Source: Azolla caroliniana
Taxonomy: Eukaryota > Plantae > Polypodiophyta
Reading direction: 5' to 3'
Assembly (NCBI GenBank): GCA_043228905.1
Contig: JBHGNT010000027.1
Span: 124,001-188,000, forward strand
DNA: 64,000 nucleotides
A program made the position numbers and the translations under genes. Positions 24,029-36,367 of this stretch are shown here, one piece after another. The notes below the pieces were generated by a model. That model searched no databases, had not been told where the DNA came from, and was given only the letters and a program-made list of their open reading frames with translations. How positions within the stretch are numbered: the stretch's first letter is position 1; each line of letters opens with the position of its first letter.

Positions 24029-25040
24029 TTTGGTATAAGCAGGCTCCGAAATCGCATCTTTAGAATAAAATCCGGTCAAGAAAGGGAATCCAATTAAGAA
24101 TAAGCTGCCTATAAGCATCATGGCATAAGTGGAGGGTAACAGAGAAGCGAGCCCTCCCATTCTACGCATATCTTGCTCATCCGACATGGCATGAATTACT
24201 AAACCTGCGCTCGAAGGGGGTAATACTTTAAAAAAAGCGTAATTCGTTAAATAAAATACGCTAACTGAATAATCAAGAATGCCGCGAGCAAAGATCGTAT
24301 AGCCTGATTGACTACGAATTAGATAAGCTACGACCCTCTTTAAATCATTTTACAACATTCCAGTAGTTACCGCGAAGAATAACGTCATAGCTCCCACAAA
24401 AGTAATAACAATCAAAGCATTGAGTAAATACTCGAATAAGGGGGAGCACCTCGCTATCATAAATACGCCTGCTATTACCGTAATAGCTGCGTAAATCAAA
24501 GCGGATACTGGAGTGAGACCCTCCGTTACGTCAGGTAACCGAGTATGCAATCCCATTTATGCAAATTTTCCAATAGCGCCGACAAGGGGTGAGATACGAA
24601 TAACAATTGTGGCATAAAATCCCGTATTACGAGAAAGAAAATAGTGATTGGGTTCAGAGAAAACACTAGCACAAGCGAAAGTAGTAGGAGAGTCTACTAC
24701 TTAAGAGGGAGTGGAACGACCAATAATCCCGAGGGCTGATCCGGAATCACCTACTCAATTGACAAGCATAGCTTTGATAGCTGCTTTATTAGCTTAAAGT
24801 CATGCGAACCGAAAATTAATCGACAAATATAAAACGGGACCTGCTCCCTCCCGTCCTGGAAGTAATTAAATGAAGTTATCTCCAATAACCAACATTAGCG
24901 TAAAAGAGGTAGAGATGGGTGAATAACACATGAATCAGGGGCTATGCGGATCCTCGGACATATATGAAATGAGATAGAGATAAACCAAGCTACTGACGAA
25001 TGTCACCACAATTGACATAACTACAGTCGGACTATCGAAC
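24029..25040 (-). CDS. nad5: nad5 exon 2 (1012 nt, many edited stops)
   Basis: FDSPTVVM..., GLHT(R)[22 protein letters not shown]. Confidence 0.95.
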
Positions 25041-25893
25041 ACCGGGTCGGAAGTTACTTCACCGGGCCTTTCCCTCTGCAAATCAAGCGAGCTTGTTTTT
25101 TATCCGTACCACAACGCGTTCGCCCGAGTGGCATAATCAAGTGCTCTCCGAACCGTGTAAGATGGTCGCCCATCACACGGCTCACCAACTTGGGATTACG
25201 GTTAGTAGAGGGATAACTTCTTCTTCTTCCGTGTGTCCAGGAAGAACAGGAAGGTCCCACCCGCGTCTCATTCGAGTGTACGGCATCTGCCAACTTAGGC
25301 CCCTTCCCTTCTGTTGATTCAAGCGGCGCTTCCCGGTTGGTTGTTTTTGCCGATCGAAGAGGCGGGTACTGTGGGCCCTCTGCCCCACGCATTTAACCAG
25401 CAGCTGGCGAATGTATGGTTCACCGGTTCCACCGAATACTCTCACTTGTTGAAGCACAGTGCGCTTGCCAATGGTGTGTGTGCTGTCCTTATCGGACTCA
25501 GGCCTTTCCTTGTCCAGGCATCTGCGCCCTCTTGCTGCGCATGTGCGAGGGATGCGCCTTATCCATAGCCTGTATTGCGGCCGGCGTGGAGGTGTACATA
25601 TACTTTGTATATGGGACCTCGCCTGACGCTAGCCGGGATCCCTTCTCCACCGATCTGTAGTTCGTGATCCGTAAGCCTCACCTGTGTCTTGGAGACACGG
25701 TCGGGAGCCGCCAAGGGAGGGCGGGCAGTTTTCGGCGGGCGGAGTCCAGTAGGCCCCTTTCTCGACATGCTATGAGGCTCTAGGGGAGGAAATTATCCCA
25801 TAGAGTGAGTCGAGCCCGTCTCGCCACGGAGCAACAGCAGCGTCCGGATAATCTATCTATCCGGCAATTCATCCGGTGGCTTCGCGGTCGCCA
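25041..25893 (-). other. Group II intron nad5i230g2
   Basis: Insertion at coding position 230; domain V at about 25148-25183; ends deviate from consensus. Confidence 0.88.
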
Positions 25894-26123
25894 AGGAAGC
25901 CCCGGGAAGCATCGAACATCTCCAAGGAAATCCATGGAGCAATCTTTATATAGCAAGCACTGGCTCCCAGTGCGACTTCATGAAAGACGGTCAGGAATAA
26001 AATGAAAAAGAATGAAACGCACGTGATGGTTACTATAGCGGTTCCTTTCGACCCTGGAAAACGACCAGAAGCACCTGCTACAAAGCTACCAGGCAAGGAC
26101 AACGATACTATTGGTAAATACGT
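25894..26123 (-). CDS. nad5: nad5 exon 1 (ACG start, 230 nt)
   Basis: (T>M)[12 protein letters not shown]...[18 protein letters not shown]. Confidence 0.93.
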
Positions 26124-26704
26124 ACTCAATGAATCCTTTCTTTCTTGTTTTTGGTATTCATGGCAGTTTGTCCAGAATGGAAACGCAAAGCGTTTTTTCT
26201 TTTACAGAATGCGCACTTATATACAAAATTCTTTCACGTTGAACCGATAACTCGACCCTGCCGGTTACTAGAAATACTACCGCATCCCGCCAAAGGCCCG
26301 GAAACCCGCAAAGCTCCTAAGCCCGTAAAGGCGGCATTAGGTAAAGGGAGTTCGCGCTAGTTGGTATCAAGTCCCGGTCCGCAGGGTAGCCTTAAGGGCA
26401 AGGGCGGGAATGGTTTCCTTTGGTTCCCCGCGCGCGATTGATTGATTGATTGTTGGATCCTCTTATATTGCTAATGGTGGTATCCCGAATGAATTCGGAA
26501 CAAAACATATCGTCAGAAACTACCTAGCGACCTGGTTCCTGACTACGACAAGTCCTGGATATTAGTAAATGATGACCAGCTTCTTTTTTTCTAACAATAA
26601 GAAATTGGCGGACTAGTAACTAGTCTTGGCCAACAACCTAGCACGCACGATGAAAGCCCGCGGAGAACAATTTTTTAGTAATAGAAACAGCAGTGGCTAT
26701 TTTG

Positions 26705-26788
26705 GCTCACGTAGCTCAAAGGATAGAGCATTCCTATGTACCACCCGGGTTGGCGGGAAACTAGCCGGTTCGAGTCCGGTCGTGGGCT
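26705..26788 (+). ncRNA. tRNA-like element with a 19-nt anticodon loop, 30 nt upstream of nad7
   Basis: Intact acceptor GCTCACG/CGTGGGC, D arm GCTC/GAGC, T arm GCCGG-TTCGAGT-CCGGT. Confidence 0.75.
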
Positions 26789-26818
26789 GGTGGGAGGAAC
26801 AAGCAAGAATGGTTCAAT

Positions 26819-26958
26819 ACGGCGTCTAACAGGCAAATCAAGAATTTCACTTCGAATCCTGGACTTTAGCACCTTGCTGTTTATGGTGTTTCATGATCAG
26901 TATCGGAAACGAATGGAGAAGCGGTAGAACGTGCGGAACCGCATATTGGATTATTCTA
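26819..26958 (+). CDS. nad7: nad7 exon 1 (ACG start, 140 nt)
   Basis: QIKNFT...ERAEPHIGL; TAG and TGA at conserved Q and R. Confidence 0.95.
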
Positions 26959-28091
26959 GTGCGGCATGAAGCTGCTGGCGCCGAGTCGGCCGGATGAAAG
27001 CCGTTAGCGATGCTCCGCTTGTTCCCTGGCACGGGCGGCGCGCGAAGGCAACTTCCGCGTCGTAAGCACCGAGTTCGGTTTGTCGAGCAACTCAAGTGAG
27101 GCGAACCTAAAAAGGGAAGGAAGGGAGAAGGTCGTAAAGGTGGCCTCGTTATCTGTATCAGAGGTCAGAATAAATGAGTGCGGGAGAACCTGCCGTCCTC
27201 TACTTCCGATTTTGGTTATCTCACGAGCGAGCCAACGGTTCCCCGGGGGTTCTCGGAAACAAGAACGCGTTGGCGGGTCCTGGAGTGCCCGTCAAGAGCG
27301 CACGCGCATACCCCGCGGGGTAACTATTACGACCAGCACCCTCCGCATTTCGGCACAGTGGAACGTGTAACCGGCCCGAGGTTTCGTTTCAACTTACACT
27401 TGTTTCATGTTGGGATGGGTAGACCAACTGCCTGCCCGCAAGGGACAAACTAAATCCTCAGGTCGGGTGGGATGGCACTACTGGCAAATACTGTCTGGCA
27501 AAGACGCAGGCGCGAAGCGTGGTAGGCCCGCTAGCGTTTTTTTTGCTTGCCGAAAGCATACAAGAAAAGCCGGGACGGGAACCGACGAAACTACAGAAAC
27601 GTAACCAAGCAAGCGGTCGAGCCGGGAGGGCCGGGTCATTTGACGGGAATGAGGAGGCCGATTTCTTCTGTTCAAGCTGCCTGCTGGAGAAAGGAGTGAG
27701 AATGAGGAGCCGGCCTTACCGCCGTGGCTAGGCCCACGGGTTGGTTCCTCCGGGCCCAAGGCCAGGGCCTTGGCGGGTTTACGGTGCGACGACAGGCGGC
27801 GGGCGCTGCCCACAGGGAGGATAATTTGCTTTCCCCCTCCCTCCAAGGGAAGTATCCTCTTTAACAACCAACAGAGGGACCCTGGAAGAGAGTTACGAAA
27901 CAAGGGGGCGGGCAGCAATCCAATCGTACGCGCATAAGCTACCAAACGAGATACGTTTCACCAGCGAATGAACGCTGGGCCGCTGAACCCCACCTGACCT
28001 ATAAAAAATGGCGCGAGCCGTATGCGGGGAGACTTGCACGTACGGTTCCGTTGGGGGGATCCGGCCAGCGAGGGACCGACGCCTACCCAAC
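26959..28091 (+). other. Group II intron nad7i140g2
   Basis: GTGCG start, domain V at about 28015-28048, AC end. Confidence 0.93.
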
Positions 28092-28160
28092 TAGGGGCAC
28101 GGAAAAATTAATCGAGTATAAAACGTATTTCTAAGCTTTACCTCATTCTGATCGTTTGGA
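28092..28160 (+). CDS. nad7: nad7 exon 2 (69 nt)
   Basis: RGTEKLIEYKTY.*ALP..DRL. Confidence 0.95.
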
Positions 28161-29319
28161 GGGCGACCGTGAAAAGTCACCGAATGAAGTCCTCCTGTGG
28201 GCACTGCAAAAACCCACGGCAGAGCGGATATTACTAATCGACGTATAGGATATGACGACGGCAACAGCATGTCATAAAAGGAGATAACCGGGAATAGCCA
28301 ACTCTTAGCGTATCTCCAACTACACTCTTGAGTGGCAGTTGAACGGGGAGTATCGTGAATGCGAGATGCCAGCGGAACGATCAGCCGGACGTGTTGGGCA
28401 GCGCCGGGCTTTCTCCCTACCGCGTCTCTCCCTGTGTGTTGAGGATCCAAAGCGAGTGCACCGGGGATAAGGGAAACTGGGATTCAATATGGGCATAGCA
28501 AACATCTGAAGCGTAACCACACACTCACACGACCTTTGCCGCTTCACCCGGATGAACCGCTAGAGAAATAGGAGCATTCGGTGAAACCGGTGAACCGCAC
28601 TTCCGGATAGATGTGTGGGACAGAGGGCTCATAGTACCTGCCTACCTTCTGCTTCGGGAACCGTGTAAGCATAGGGTGCTGCTAGTGTCGCAGAAGGGAA
28701 GGGAAGGGAAGGGAAGGGAAGGGAAGGGAAGGGAAGGGGCCTAAATTGGCGGACAGACCGACGCCGCACACTTGAGCAGCGCCGGGGGAAGCGGCCGAAG
28801 AAGCGGTTTTCATCATCCGGCAGAGTTTGTGCCAGTCGGAACGGGAATTGGCCAGTCAACCCCACACCCTTCGAAGATGTTGCCAGAATGACTTCCAGGG
28901 TCCTTCCGTCCTGGCCAGAGCACGGCTCAGCGCCTTCATGATGAACCGGATGAAAAAGGGGTTGGCGGGTTTGATGAACCGCTTTATCTCCCTCCCAATT
29001 CTGCTGTTTGCGAGGTAAAGAAGCGCTTGCCGCGCCCCGCACTCTCCCCAGCCCTTCGGGCCTTCGACCCACGTTCGCTGCTTTTTTGTTGACTTCACAA
29101 ACGAAGGCTCTAGTCCTGATGTCATCTAAATGCTCATGGGCAGGAGTTCTTTGGCGAGGCGGAAACTAAACCATGATAACGCTTCGGGTAACTCAAGTTG
29201 GAGAGCCGTGTGATGGGTGACCATCCCGCACGGTTCAGAGAGCACTTGTGTATGTGATGCGAGTGAACGTGTGCAACACAGCAGCAGCACAGCTGGCATC
29301 GAGTAACTTTCAACCCTAT
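28161..29319 (+). other. Group II intron nad7i209g2
   Basis: GGGCG start, domain V at about 29203-29236, AT end. Confidence 0.93.
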
Positions 29320-29786
29320 CTACGTTCCCATGATGGCCTAAGAACACGCTTATCCTTCAGCTGTAGAGAGACCTTGCAATTGTGAGGTACCGTTATGAGC
29401 TTAATATATATGAGTGTTATTTTGTGAAACAACTTGAATCCCAAATTATTTACCTGCTTTAACTATTTATGTCATGGACGTGGGAGCATCAACTCTGTCT
29501 CCGTGGGCTTCTGAAGAGCGAGAAAAACTTTTGGAATCCTATGAAAGGGTCTCGGGAGCTAGGATGTACGCTAGTTATATATGACTAGGTGGAGTGGCAT
29601 AAGATCTGCCTCTGGGCTTGAGTGGAGACACTTTTTCATTCACATAGTAATTTGCTTCTCGTATTGACGAATCGGAGGAAACGCCGACCAACAACCGTAT
29701 CTGGAAATAATGATTAGTGGATATCGGTACCGTCACTGCATAGTAAGCTTTGGATCGGGGATTCAGTGGTGTAATGTTAAGAGGTT
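29320..29786 (+). CDS. nad7: nad7 exon 3 (467 nt)
   Basis: YV.MMA*EHAY...YERVSGARM...GFSGVMLRG. Confidence 0.95.
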
Positions 29787-30469
29787 GTGCGACATGAAGA
29801 CATCGATAGCAATATGGGGGAGGTTCCCATCGGGCAACGGTTCTGCCTGACCTTGCTCAAGCACGCTTTGACTGTAAAGACTTGGTGTGAAGCCTTGAGG
29901 GCAACGTCCCTCAAGATGGGGGCTGGGGTGAGCTGAAGAGGGGACAGCGTAAGCAAATGTGTATAAGCCTAGTAAAGCATGACCGAGGCAAGGCTAGGGC
30001 CATCTTCGACTGGTTAGTCTGACGGACCGTGAACGGATTCGCCTTTGGCCTCTGGGCACGTCGAAACCGCATGGGTTCACCGGGGTAGAGCACAGTCCGC
30101 CGAAATCGGCATAGGTTAGATGCCATTGATGGAACATGGTAAGCCCATATTCATCTGTGCGTCCGTAAGGGCTAGGCATGTAACGAGGTATGGGTGGAGA
30201 AAGACCCGAAAAGCAAGGGCCGAGCCTGCTTAGATAAGAGTACGTGACCTGACTTTTTGAATCAAATTGAATTGAAAGGTGGTAAAGTGGCACAAATCGA
30301 TTAATTGAGGGAAGCATAAAGGCTTTAAGCAGCAGCACAGAGGGGCAAAGCAGCGCTCTAAGAAAGATGAACAACCTGCCGCCTTTTTTCATAAGATTGT
30401 GACGGTACGGAAGTATGGAGATCTAGAAAGAAATTGGCGGACTAGTAACTAGTCTTGGCCAACAACCTA

Positions 30470-30500
<31 letters not shown>

Positions 30501-30896
30501 CGATGAAAGCCCTCAACCTACGCGCGCGTCGGAACTACATCCCTTTTGTTTGTTTGTTTGTTTGTTTGTTTGCTACGGATGTAGCGCGCGTTCTGACTCC
30601 ACTGGTCACGGTCGCTCTCCGCCCGCCGCGGGCCACGCGGTAAGTGGCCTGAGGCAAGCAAAAAGATTTTTCTGTTTGTGCTGGCGGAAAATGAGCCAGC
30701 CGGATCGCCGCCAATCAATCCAAAATCTGGTGCTATGGACGCTCACGCATGAACCAGGAATGCCCTTCATCTCCAAGTGCCTGCAGACGCGTTACAGGGG
30801 CGGGCCTCTGGGAATGCATTCGAGCCGTATGAAGGGAAACTTTCACGTACGGCTCAGAGGGGGGGAAAGCCCTAGAAGGGGCCTACCTATCCCAAC
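29787..30896 (+). other. Group II intron nad7i676g2
   Basis: GTGCG start, domain V at about 30822-30855, AC end. Confidence 0.93.
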
Positions 30897-31402
30897 CGGG
30901 AGTATGCTGGGATTTGTGAAAAGCAGCACCTCACGATGTTCATGACTAATCGGATTCCGATGTACTAGTGGGTACCAGGGGAGATCGCCACGATCGTTAT
31001 TGTATTCGCATTGAAGAGACGTGATAAAGTATTTGAATCATCGTATAACGTCCTAATTAAATGCTCAGCGGCACGATTAAAGCCGATGATCGTAAGCCAT
31101 GTCCTTCATCATGACCTTAAATGAAATAATCTATGGAATCTCCAATTCACCATTTCAAACCTTATACAGAAGGGTTTTCTGTACCAGCTTTTTCTATCTA
31201 TACTGTAGCTGAAGTACTTAAAGGAGAATCTGGTGTGTTCTCAGTCAGTAATGGAACTAATCGTCTTTATTGTTGTAAAATAAGAGCACCTGGCTTCGCC
31301 TATTTACAAGGACCTGACTTTACGTTCAAAAATCACATGCCAGCAGATGTGGCCACCATCATTGGTACTTAAGATACTGTGTCTGGAGAAGTGGATAGAT
31401 GA
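30897..31402 (+). CDS. nad7: nad7 exon 4 (506 nt; no i917 or i1113)
   Basis: GVCWDL...[10 protein letters not shown]...GEVDR-TGA; total CDS 1182 nt. Confidence 0.95.
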
Positions 31403-31534
31403 AACTACTTAAAGCAGCACGCACAAATAGGAAACCCAAAAAATAAGATGCAGGTGAGAAGAGGGATACCCTTGTAGATCTGGGAAATAAAGATGATAAA
31501 GAAAGAAAGAATAGGTGCATGCTGGCCCAAGTAG

Positions 31535-31565
<31 letters not shown>

Positions 31566-31603
31566 CTTCGGGATGGGGGCTTGATGAATCCCCCATCCCA
31601 ACC

Positions 31604-31691
31604 GGAGGTATGGCTGAGCGGCTTAAGGCATTGGTTTGCTAAATCAACATACAATCTTCTTGTATCATGGGTTCGAATCCCATTTCCTCCG
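31604..31691 (+). tRNA. trnS: tRNA-Ser(GCU), copy 1
   Basis: GGAGGTATGGCTGAGCGGCTTAAGGCATTGGTTTGCTAAATCAA with long variable arm. Confidence 0.95.
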
Positions 31692-32056
31692 AGCGAGTGC
31701 GAAGCACGAGCGATGCGACAGTGACGTGATGGAAGAAACCCATACATTGCTTTTTGGGAATGCGGCAGTGGCCTGCCGGGAGAGACCTAGCCGGTAAGGG
31801 AGTGCTAGTTTTTGCTTCTTTTCTTTTCTTTTCTTGCGCGCTTGCTGCTTTTAAGGTAACATCAATGCTGCTTTAATAACCAGTAGTGCAAGTTCATTTG
31901 GACGGACAGCGGGAAATGCGATCAATAACACGTGGAGTTGGGTCTGCGGGCAAGCAAACATTCCCCCGCACAAGTAGATTGAATAGGAGTTGGCCGGCTT
32001 CTTTTTTTCTAAAATAAATTCCGATTCGCTAGAGAGAGATCAATTGCTTGCTTGCT

Positions 32057-32130
32057 TGCGGGGTGGAGTAAATGGCCAACTCGTCAGGCTCATGACCTGA
32101 AGACTGCGGGTTCAAACCCTGCCCCCGCAC
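32057..32130 (+). tRNA. trnfM: Initiator tRNA-fMet(CAU), copy 1
   Basis: GCGGGGTGGAGTAAATGGCCAACTCGTCAGGCTCATGACCTGAAGACT, plant mitochondrial trnfM type. Confidence 0.9.
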
Positions 32131-32858
32131 TACATGTTGTCAACAGTAAAAAAGCAAATGAAGATTATTGTATAATAATCCATGCTTAAGAATGGGAAAC
32201 TAACGTGACTATTCATATTGTCAATTCGTTATCATTCGTGTTGTCAATGAGACGGTGACATTCCAATGAAGCGGTTTTCATCATCATGAAGGCCTTCATG
32301 CATGCATGAAGAACCTGTTTGGTTTGATGAACATGCCGGTTCATCATGCTTGCTGTTTAAAATACTCGTTAGGTGGTTCCGCTTTTCTTTTGGGGAAGGC
32401 GTGCGTTTCAGGCTTGCAGGGAAAAGTGCCATTTCCGAGTTCAAAGATTGCTGCTTTAAAGTGGAAAGAAAAGTGCAAAGCATCTTCTTGCCAGTGATTC
32501 ATCAAGATTGCCGCCGGCTCGGTTTAAAGTGAAAAGAAAAGTGCTGCTTTGCTTTGCTTTGCTGGATTCGCAGATTATGGCCAGAAGATGATATTGCCTT
32601 CTTGCATGATCCTTCTGAATTTTACCAACGGAATTTCGAAATTCCAGCATTCAATTCTTTCCGCAATCTGAGCCGCATTAAAGATTATCGTATAATAATC
32701 CATGAATATTCAGGCCTTCTTGAAAGTTCAAAAGAAGAACTTTGGTTTGGTAGCCATTTATATTACACTTTTTACTTAATAACCACCTGCGAATTGATGA
32801 CATCCTTGTGAGGTTGGTAGCGATCGAAGGCTAAGTACCAGCTGTATTTGCACTTTCC

Positions 32859-32895
<37 letters not shown>

Positions 32896-32957
32896 GTTCG
32901 GCGCCCGCCGCTTTTGTCGTTAGCACTCTTTTGTTCATTAATCAAGCGTTTCGTTCC

Positions 32958-33075
32958 GTCCGGGCATCTTTGTAAGACGTGAAACACCCGATCCCATTCC
33001 GACCTCGATATGTGAAAAGCGTTTTCTGCCATATGTACTGATAATTTTCGGGAGACGTGGTTCGACAGCCCGGAC
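32958..33075 (+). rRNA. rrn5: Mitochondrial 5S rRNA, copy 1
   Basis: CACCCGATCCCATTCCGACCTCGATATGTG...GCCATATGTACTG; terminal stem GTCCGGGC/GCCCGGAC. Confidence 0.95.
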
Positions 33076-33360
33076 CCTTTCAAATCGTATATGCGATTGC
33101 CTAAAGGTCAGATGCGAATCTGATATCAGCCAGAAACAATGAAAAGGCGTACGACAACGCAAAAAAGCAAGCTATGGATGTGAAGACAGATTAGAACGGT
33201 AAACACACAATACCAATGATGCGTAAATCCCTGGCTGGCATGCATTATCGGAAAATCTGTTCCTCAACTCTTACGCTCGAGAGAGCTAGGGAACTTGTCA
33301 GGGAAATCTAAAGTGTTTAGTTAAACGAGACGCTAAGAAAGGAGGAAGGACGAAGCCCTT

Positions 33361-33398
<38 letters not shown>

Positions 33399-33572
33399 GC
33401 GGATTGTACAAACTTCGTATCGCACAGCACGGAAAGAGAACTCAAGAGCGTAAAGGAAAAAACAGAGGATGCAGGGTCATTTGGTAGACGTTTTCGTCGA
33501 AACAATGAATCCTCTGTCCAAGTACTCGACCAATTCTTTCCGCGCTTCTTCCGCATTTTACAAACGTCCGAA

Positions 33573-33590
33573 GATTATTGTATAATAATC
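33573..33590 (+). promoter_or_regulatory. Putative promoter motif GATTATYGTATAATAATC; also at 32163, 32683, 59855 and in repeat copies
   Basis: Recurs in four otherwise largely unrelated contexts, always in sense orientation upstream of genes; YGTA/TATAAT core. Confidence 0.55.
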
Positions 33591-33702
33591 TATGCGGGCT
33601 TCTTTTTGTCTCGGTTTTAAGCAGTCACAGGTTGAGTGGCGATCGCAGAACACTCATTAAGATTTTGTACGGTGTTCGGTAGGTTCAACTCCTACTGCAT
33701 CG

Positions 33703-34708
33703 AAAAGAATGCATTGGATGGATGCCTGGGCATTGAGAGGGAAGGACGCTTCCAAAGGCGAAAGGCCATGGGGAGATACCGTCTGTGATCCATGGGTTTC
33801 CAATCGGGAAACCGTATCCAAGCTTGCCGGGCATGCCGTGTGCTGCGGCTCTGCCTCGGACTTGAGAAACTTAGCGAACTGAAACATCATTGTAGCTAAA
33901 GGAAAGGAAATCAACTGAGACTCCGTTAGTAGCGGCGAGCGAAAGCGGATTAGGCAAAGAAAAGGGAAGGGGCCCCAGCCCAGAAGGGCCGCTTTCCCTG
34001 GCCCCGTGCGGGGGAGAACTTGCAGTAGAGGGAAGGGTGGGAACCCTTCCTCAAGGAATTCTGAAAAGGTTGGAAGATCTGGCCAAAGAAGGTGATAGCC
34101 CCGTAGATCTTTCCTGGCAAGTTTGATTACCATTACAAAACGCGGATACCGTGTTTGAATAATGATCGCTTTACGTGACTAAGGGGGACCACCCCCGCGC
34201 CTAAGTATTCCTCAATGACCGATAGCGTACCACAAGTACCGTGAGGGAAAAGTGAAAAGACCCCGCCGTATGCCGGGAGTGCAATAGAAAACCTGAAATC
34301 CGATGCAAACTATCAGTCGGAAGAGCGAAGCTGAGAAAATGCGGCAAAGCCACTAATGTTCGATGGAACGCATACGCGAAGCTGAGAAAGCGCTGTAGCT
34401 TTCGGAGGCAAAGCCACTAATGTTCGCATACGCGAACCCTTGAGCGAAGCTTCGCGTTGTCGGCTCTCGCTTTAGCACTTTCCACCCTAACGGCGTACCT
34501 TTTGCATAATGGGTCAGCGAGTGAATGGGAACAGCGGCTTAAGCCATTAGGTGTAGGCGCAACGAGGTTGAATCTTCGGCGTTGTTTCTATTTGACCCGA
34601 AACCGATTGATCTAGCCACGAGCAGGTTGAATCGAGCTCTCCACAGAGGCCTTGGAGGACCGAACTCACGTATGTGGCAAAATACGGGGATGACTCGTGG
34701 CTAGGGGT
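33703..34708 (+). rRNA. rrnL: LSU (26S) rRNA exon 1, copy 1; 5' end approximate
   Basis: GGATGGATGCCTGGGCATT, GAACTGAAACATC, AGTACCGTGAGGGAAA, GACCCGAAACC; homology stops at GTGGCTAGGGGT. Confidence 0.96.
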
Positions 34709-35953
34709 GAATCAAAGAGCTACGACTCCGCCGTTCCTTTGTTGAAGTCCGAAGGACCACAAGAAGAGGGAAAAGGAGTCCTCCTCTGGCCTTTCGCCCC
34801 ACAAGCGTGCGAACGCTTTTTCAATAACTGGCTCATAACGGTGAAACCAGCTTACCCTTTGAGAGTAATGGCCACACCGTGGGAAGTCGTGAAAGCTTCT
34901 CTCCCTTTATTGCGGTCGAGTGCCCCAGCAAGCAAGCAAGCAAGCAAGCAAGCACGCCCTCAACGACGAGGAATAAAGCGGGTCAGGCCCCAAGATGAAA
35001 GCAGGTCAAGTTTGGTAGGCGGTTAGCTAACGCCAACCCGGGTTCAGCAAGCAAGCAAGCAAGCAAGAATGCGCCAGGATAGGTGCCCCGGGACCAACAC
35101 TTAAACAGTCCAGGGTCCCACCACCAAAAGGTCTTGTTCCCACTGTCCTCGTTGCTTTATCTCGTATTCCAGAACCACCTTGTTCTTAGGGAATCTCTCT
35201 CGTAGCTACGAGCTAGCTCATTGACCCCGTAACGACTGATTCGAAAGATGAGAGCATGATTGTTAATGCCAACACGCCGGTTCTCACTCCCTTCGGCCGA
35301 ATCCATCTCGAACCAAAGGTTGGTTCTCCGGCCATATGCACCAGTGTATCGAGAGCTGCTGCTTTTCAGCGAAGAAAAAAACTAAACTTTAGACGGGCTT
35401 CGTGATGTTTATGCTTTTTCATTGGAGCATCTATGAACATGTGAACACTGCTGCTGGCCCGACTGAAATTCACTTACGTAACCTTCTAGCCGAGGTCAAT
35501 TTTGTCACTGAGATTGTTGTTCTAGCTAGGCCTTCTTGCTCTCTGGAGCCAAGTGAAGCGCAGTGATCATTGGAATGCAAGGCCATGAACATGACGTAAG
35601 GGAAGGCCGAATCCATCTCGAACCAAAGGTTGGTTCTCCGGCCATATGCACCGGTTCATCGTAACCGTTCGAGAGCGAAAAAAAAAACTAAACGCAGAAG
35701 CTAGACAATTGCTACGCGGCCCAACAAGAAAAGAAAAGAAGCGGATTGACGTGGCCGCAGTCATTCGACCTCCCCATGCTATCTGAGTGGATGCACCTCA
35801 CCCTTCCACTGGCTATGCGGGGACTGGACCAATGTGATCTCGCCTTGACGTTGGCGGTCCGGCTTATGGAGAAGAGACCAACTGTGGTGTGGCCTTCTCC
35901 AACCAAGAGTCACACCAAAATGAAAATATTGCACTTGTGCCCGTTAGTTGACC
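34709..35953 (+). other. 5' part of an rrnL group I intron (probably rrnLi825g1), lacking the 3' core
   Basis: Follows an exon U; P element ATAACGGTGAAA at 34835, Q element ACACCGTG at 34874, R element CCGTAACGACT at 35227; no S element or exon follows. Confidence 0.8.
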
Positions 35954-36367
35954 GCGTTTCCAGCTAACGTTCCTTGTCATTGCGAACGACACCCTATTCA
36001 TTCATTCATTCATTCGTTCGATCGGGGAATAAATCGCCCGCCCTTCATGCTGAATCCGCGTGTCTGCGTGTGGAAATCGCAGCGGCCTAATCGTTCGTAC
36101 GGTTCTTCGAGGAAGAAATAAATCTATCCCTGCATCCCAACTACGAATAAGAATCAATCAGAGTTCTTTCGATTTTCTTTACGGAAACGCGGAAAGCCAG
36201 CCCATCGCCGCTTTGTTTGCGGTCGACGAGACAAAGCGAAGGCCTTCATTGCATTGCATTGCATTGCATTGCTGCGACTTGTTGAAGAACCAACCTTTAA
36301 CTCCCATGCATATGGAGGAGAGAGAAAAAGGGAAAAAACCGAACAGACTTAGAAGTCGTTGAAAGGA

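Larger units (their letters stand above)
31495..32774 (+). repeat. About 1.28-kb direct repeat (trnS-trnfM); copy at 61018-62293
   Basis: Duplicated ORFs at offset 29523. Confidence 0.96.
31996..35935. repeat. About 3.94-kb inverted repeat (trnfM-rrn5-rrnL exon 1-5' intron); copy at 49793-53732
   Basis: Mirrored ORFs; paired coordinates sum to 85728. Confidence 0.97.

Noticed and set aside
24029-25040. nad and atp genes as pseudogenes, or use of an alternative genetic code
   Set aside because: Frames have no indels, and stops map to Gln (CAA/CAG) and Arg (CGA) alongside many other C/T changes, which fits RNA editing.
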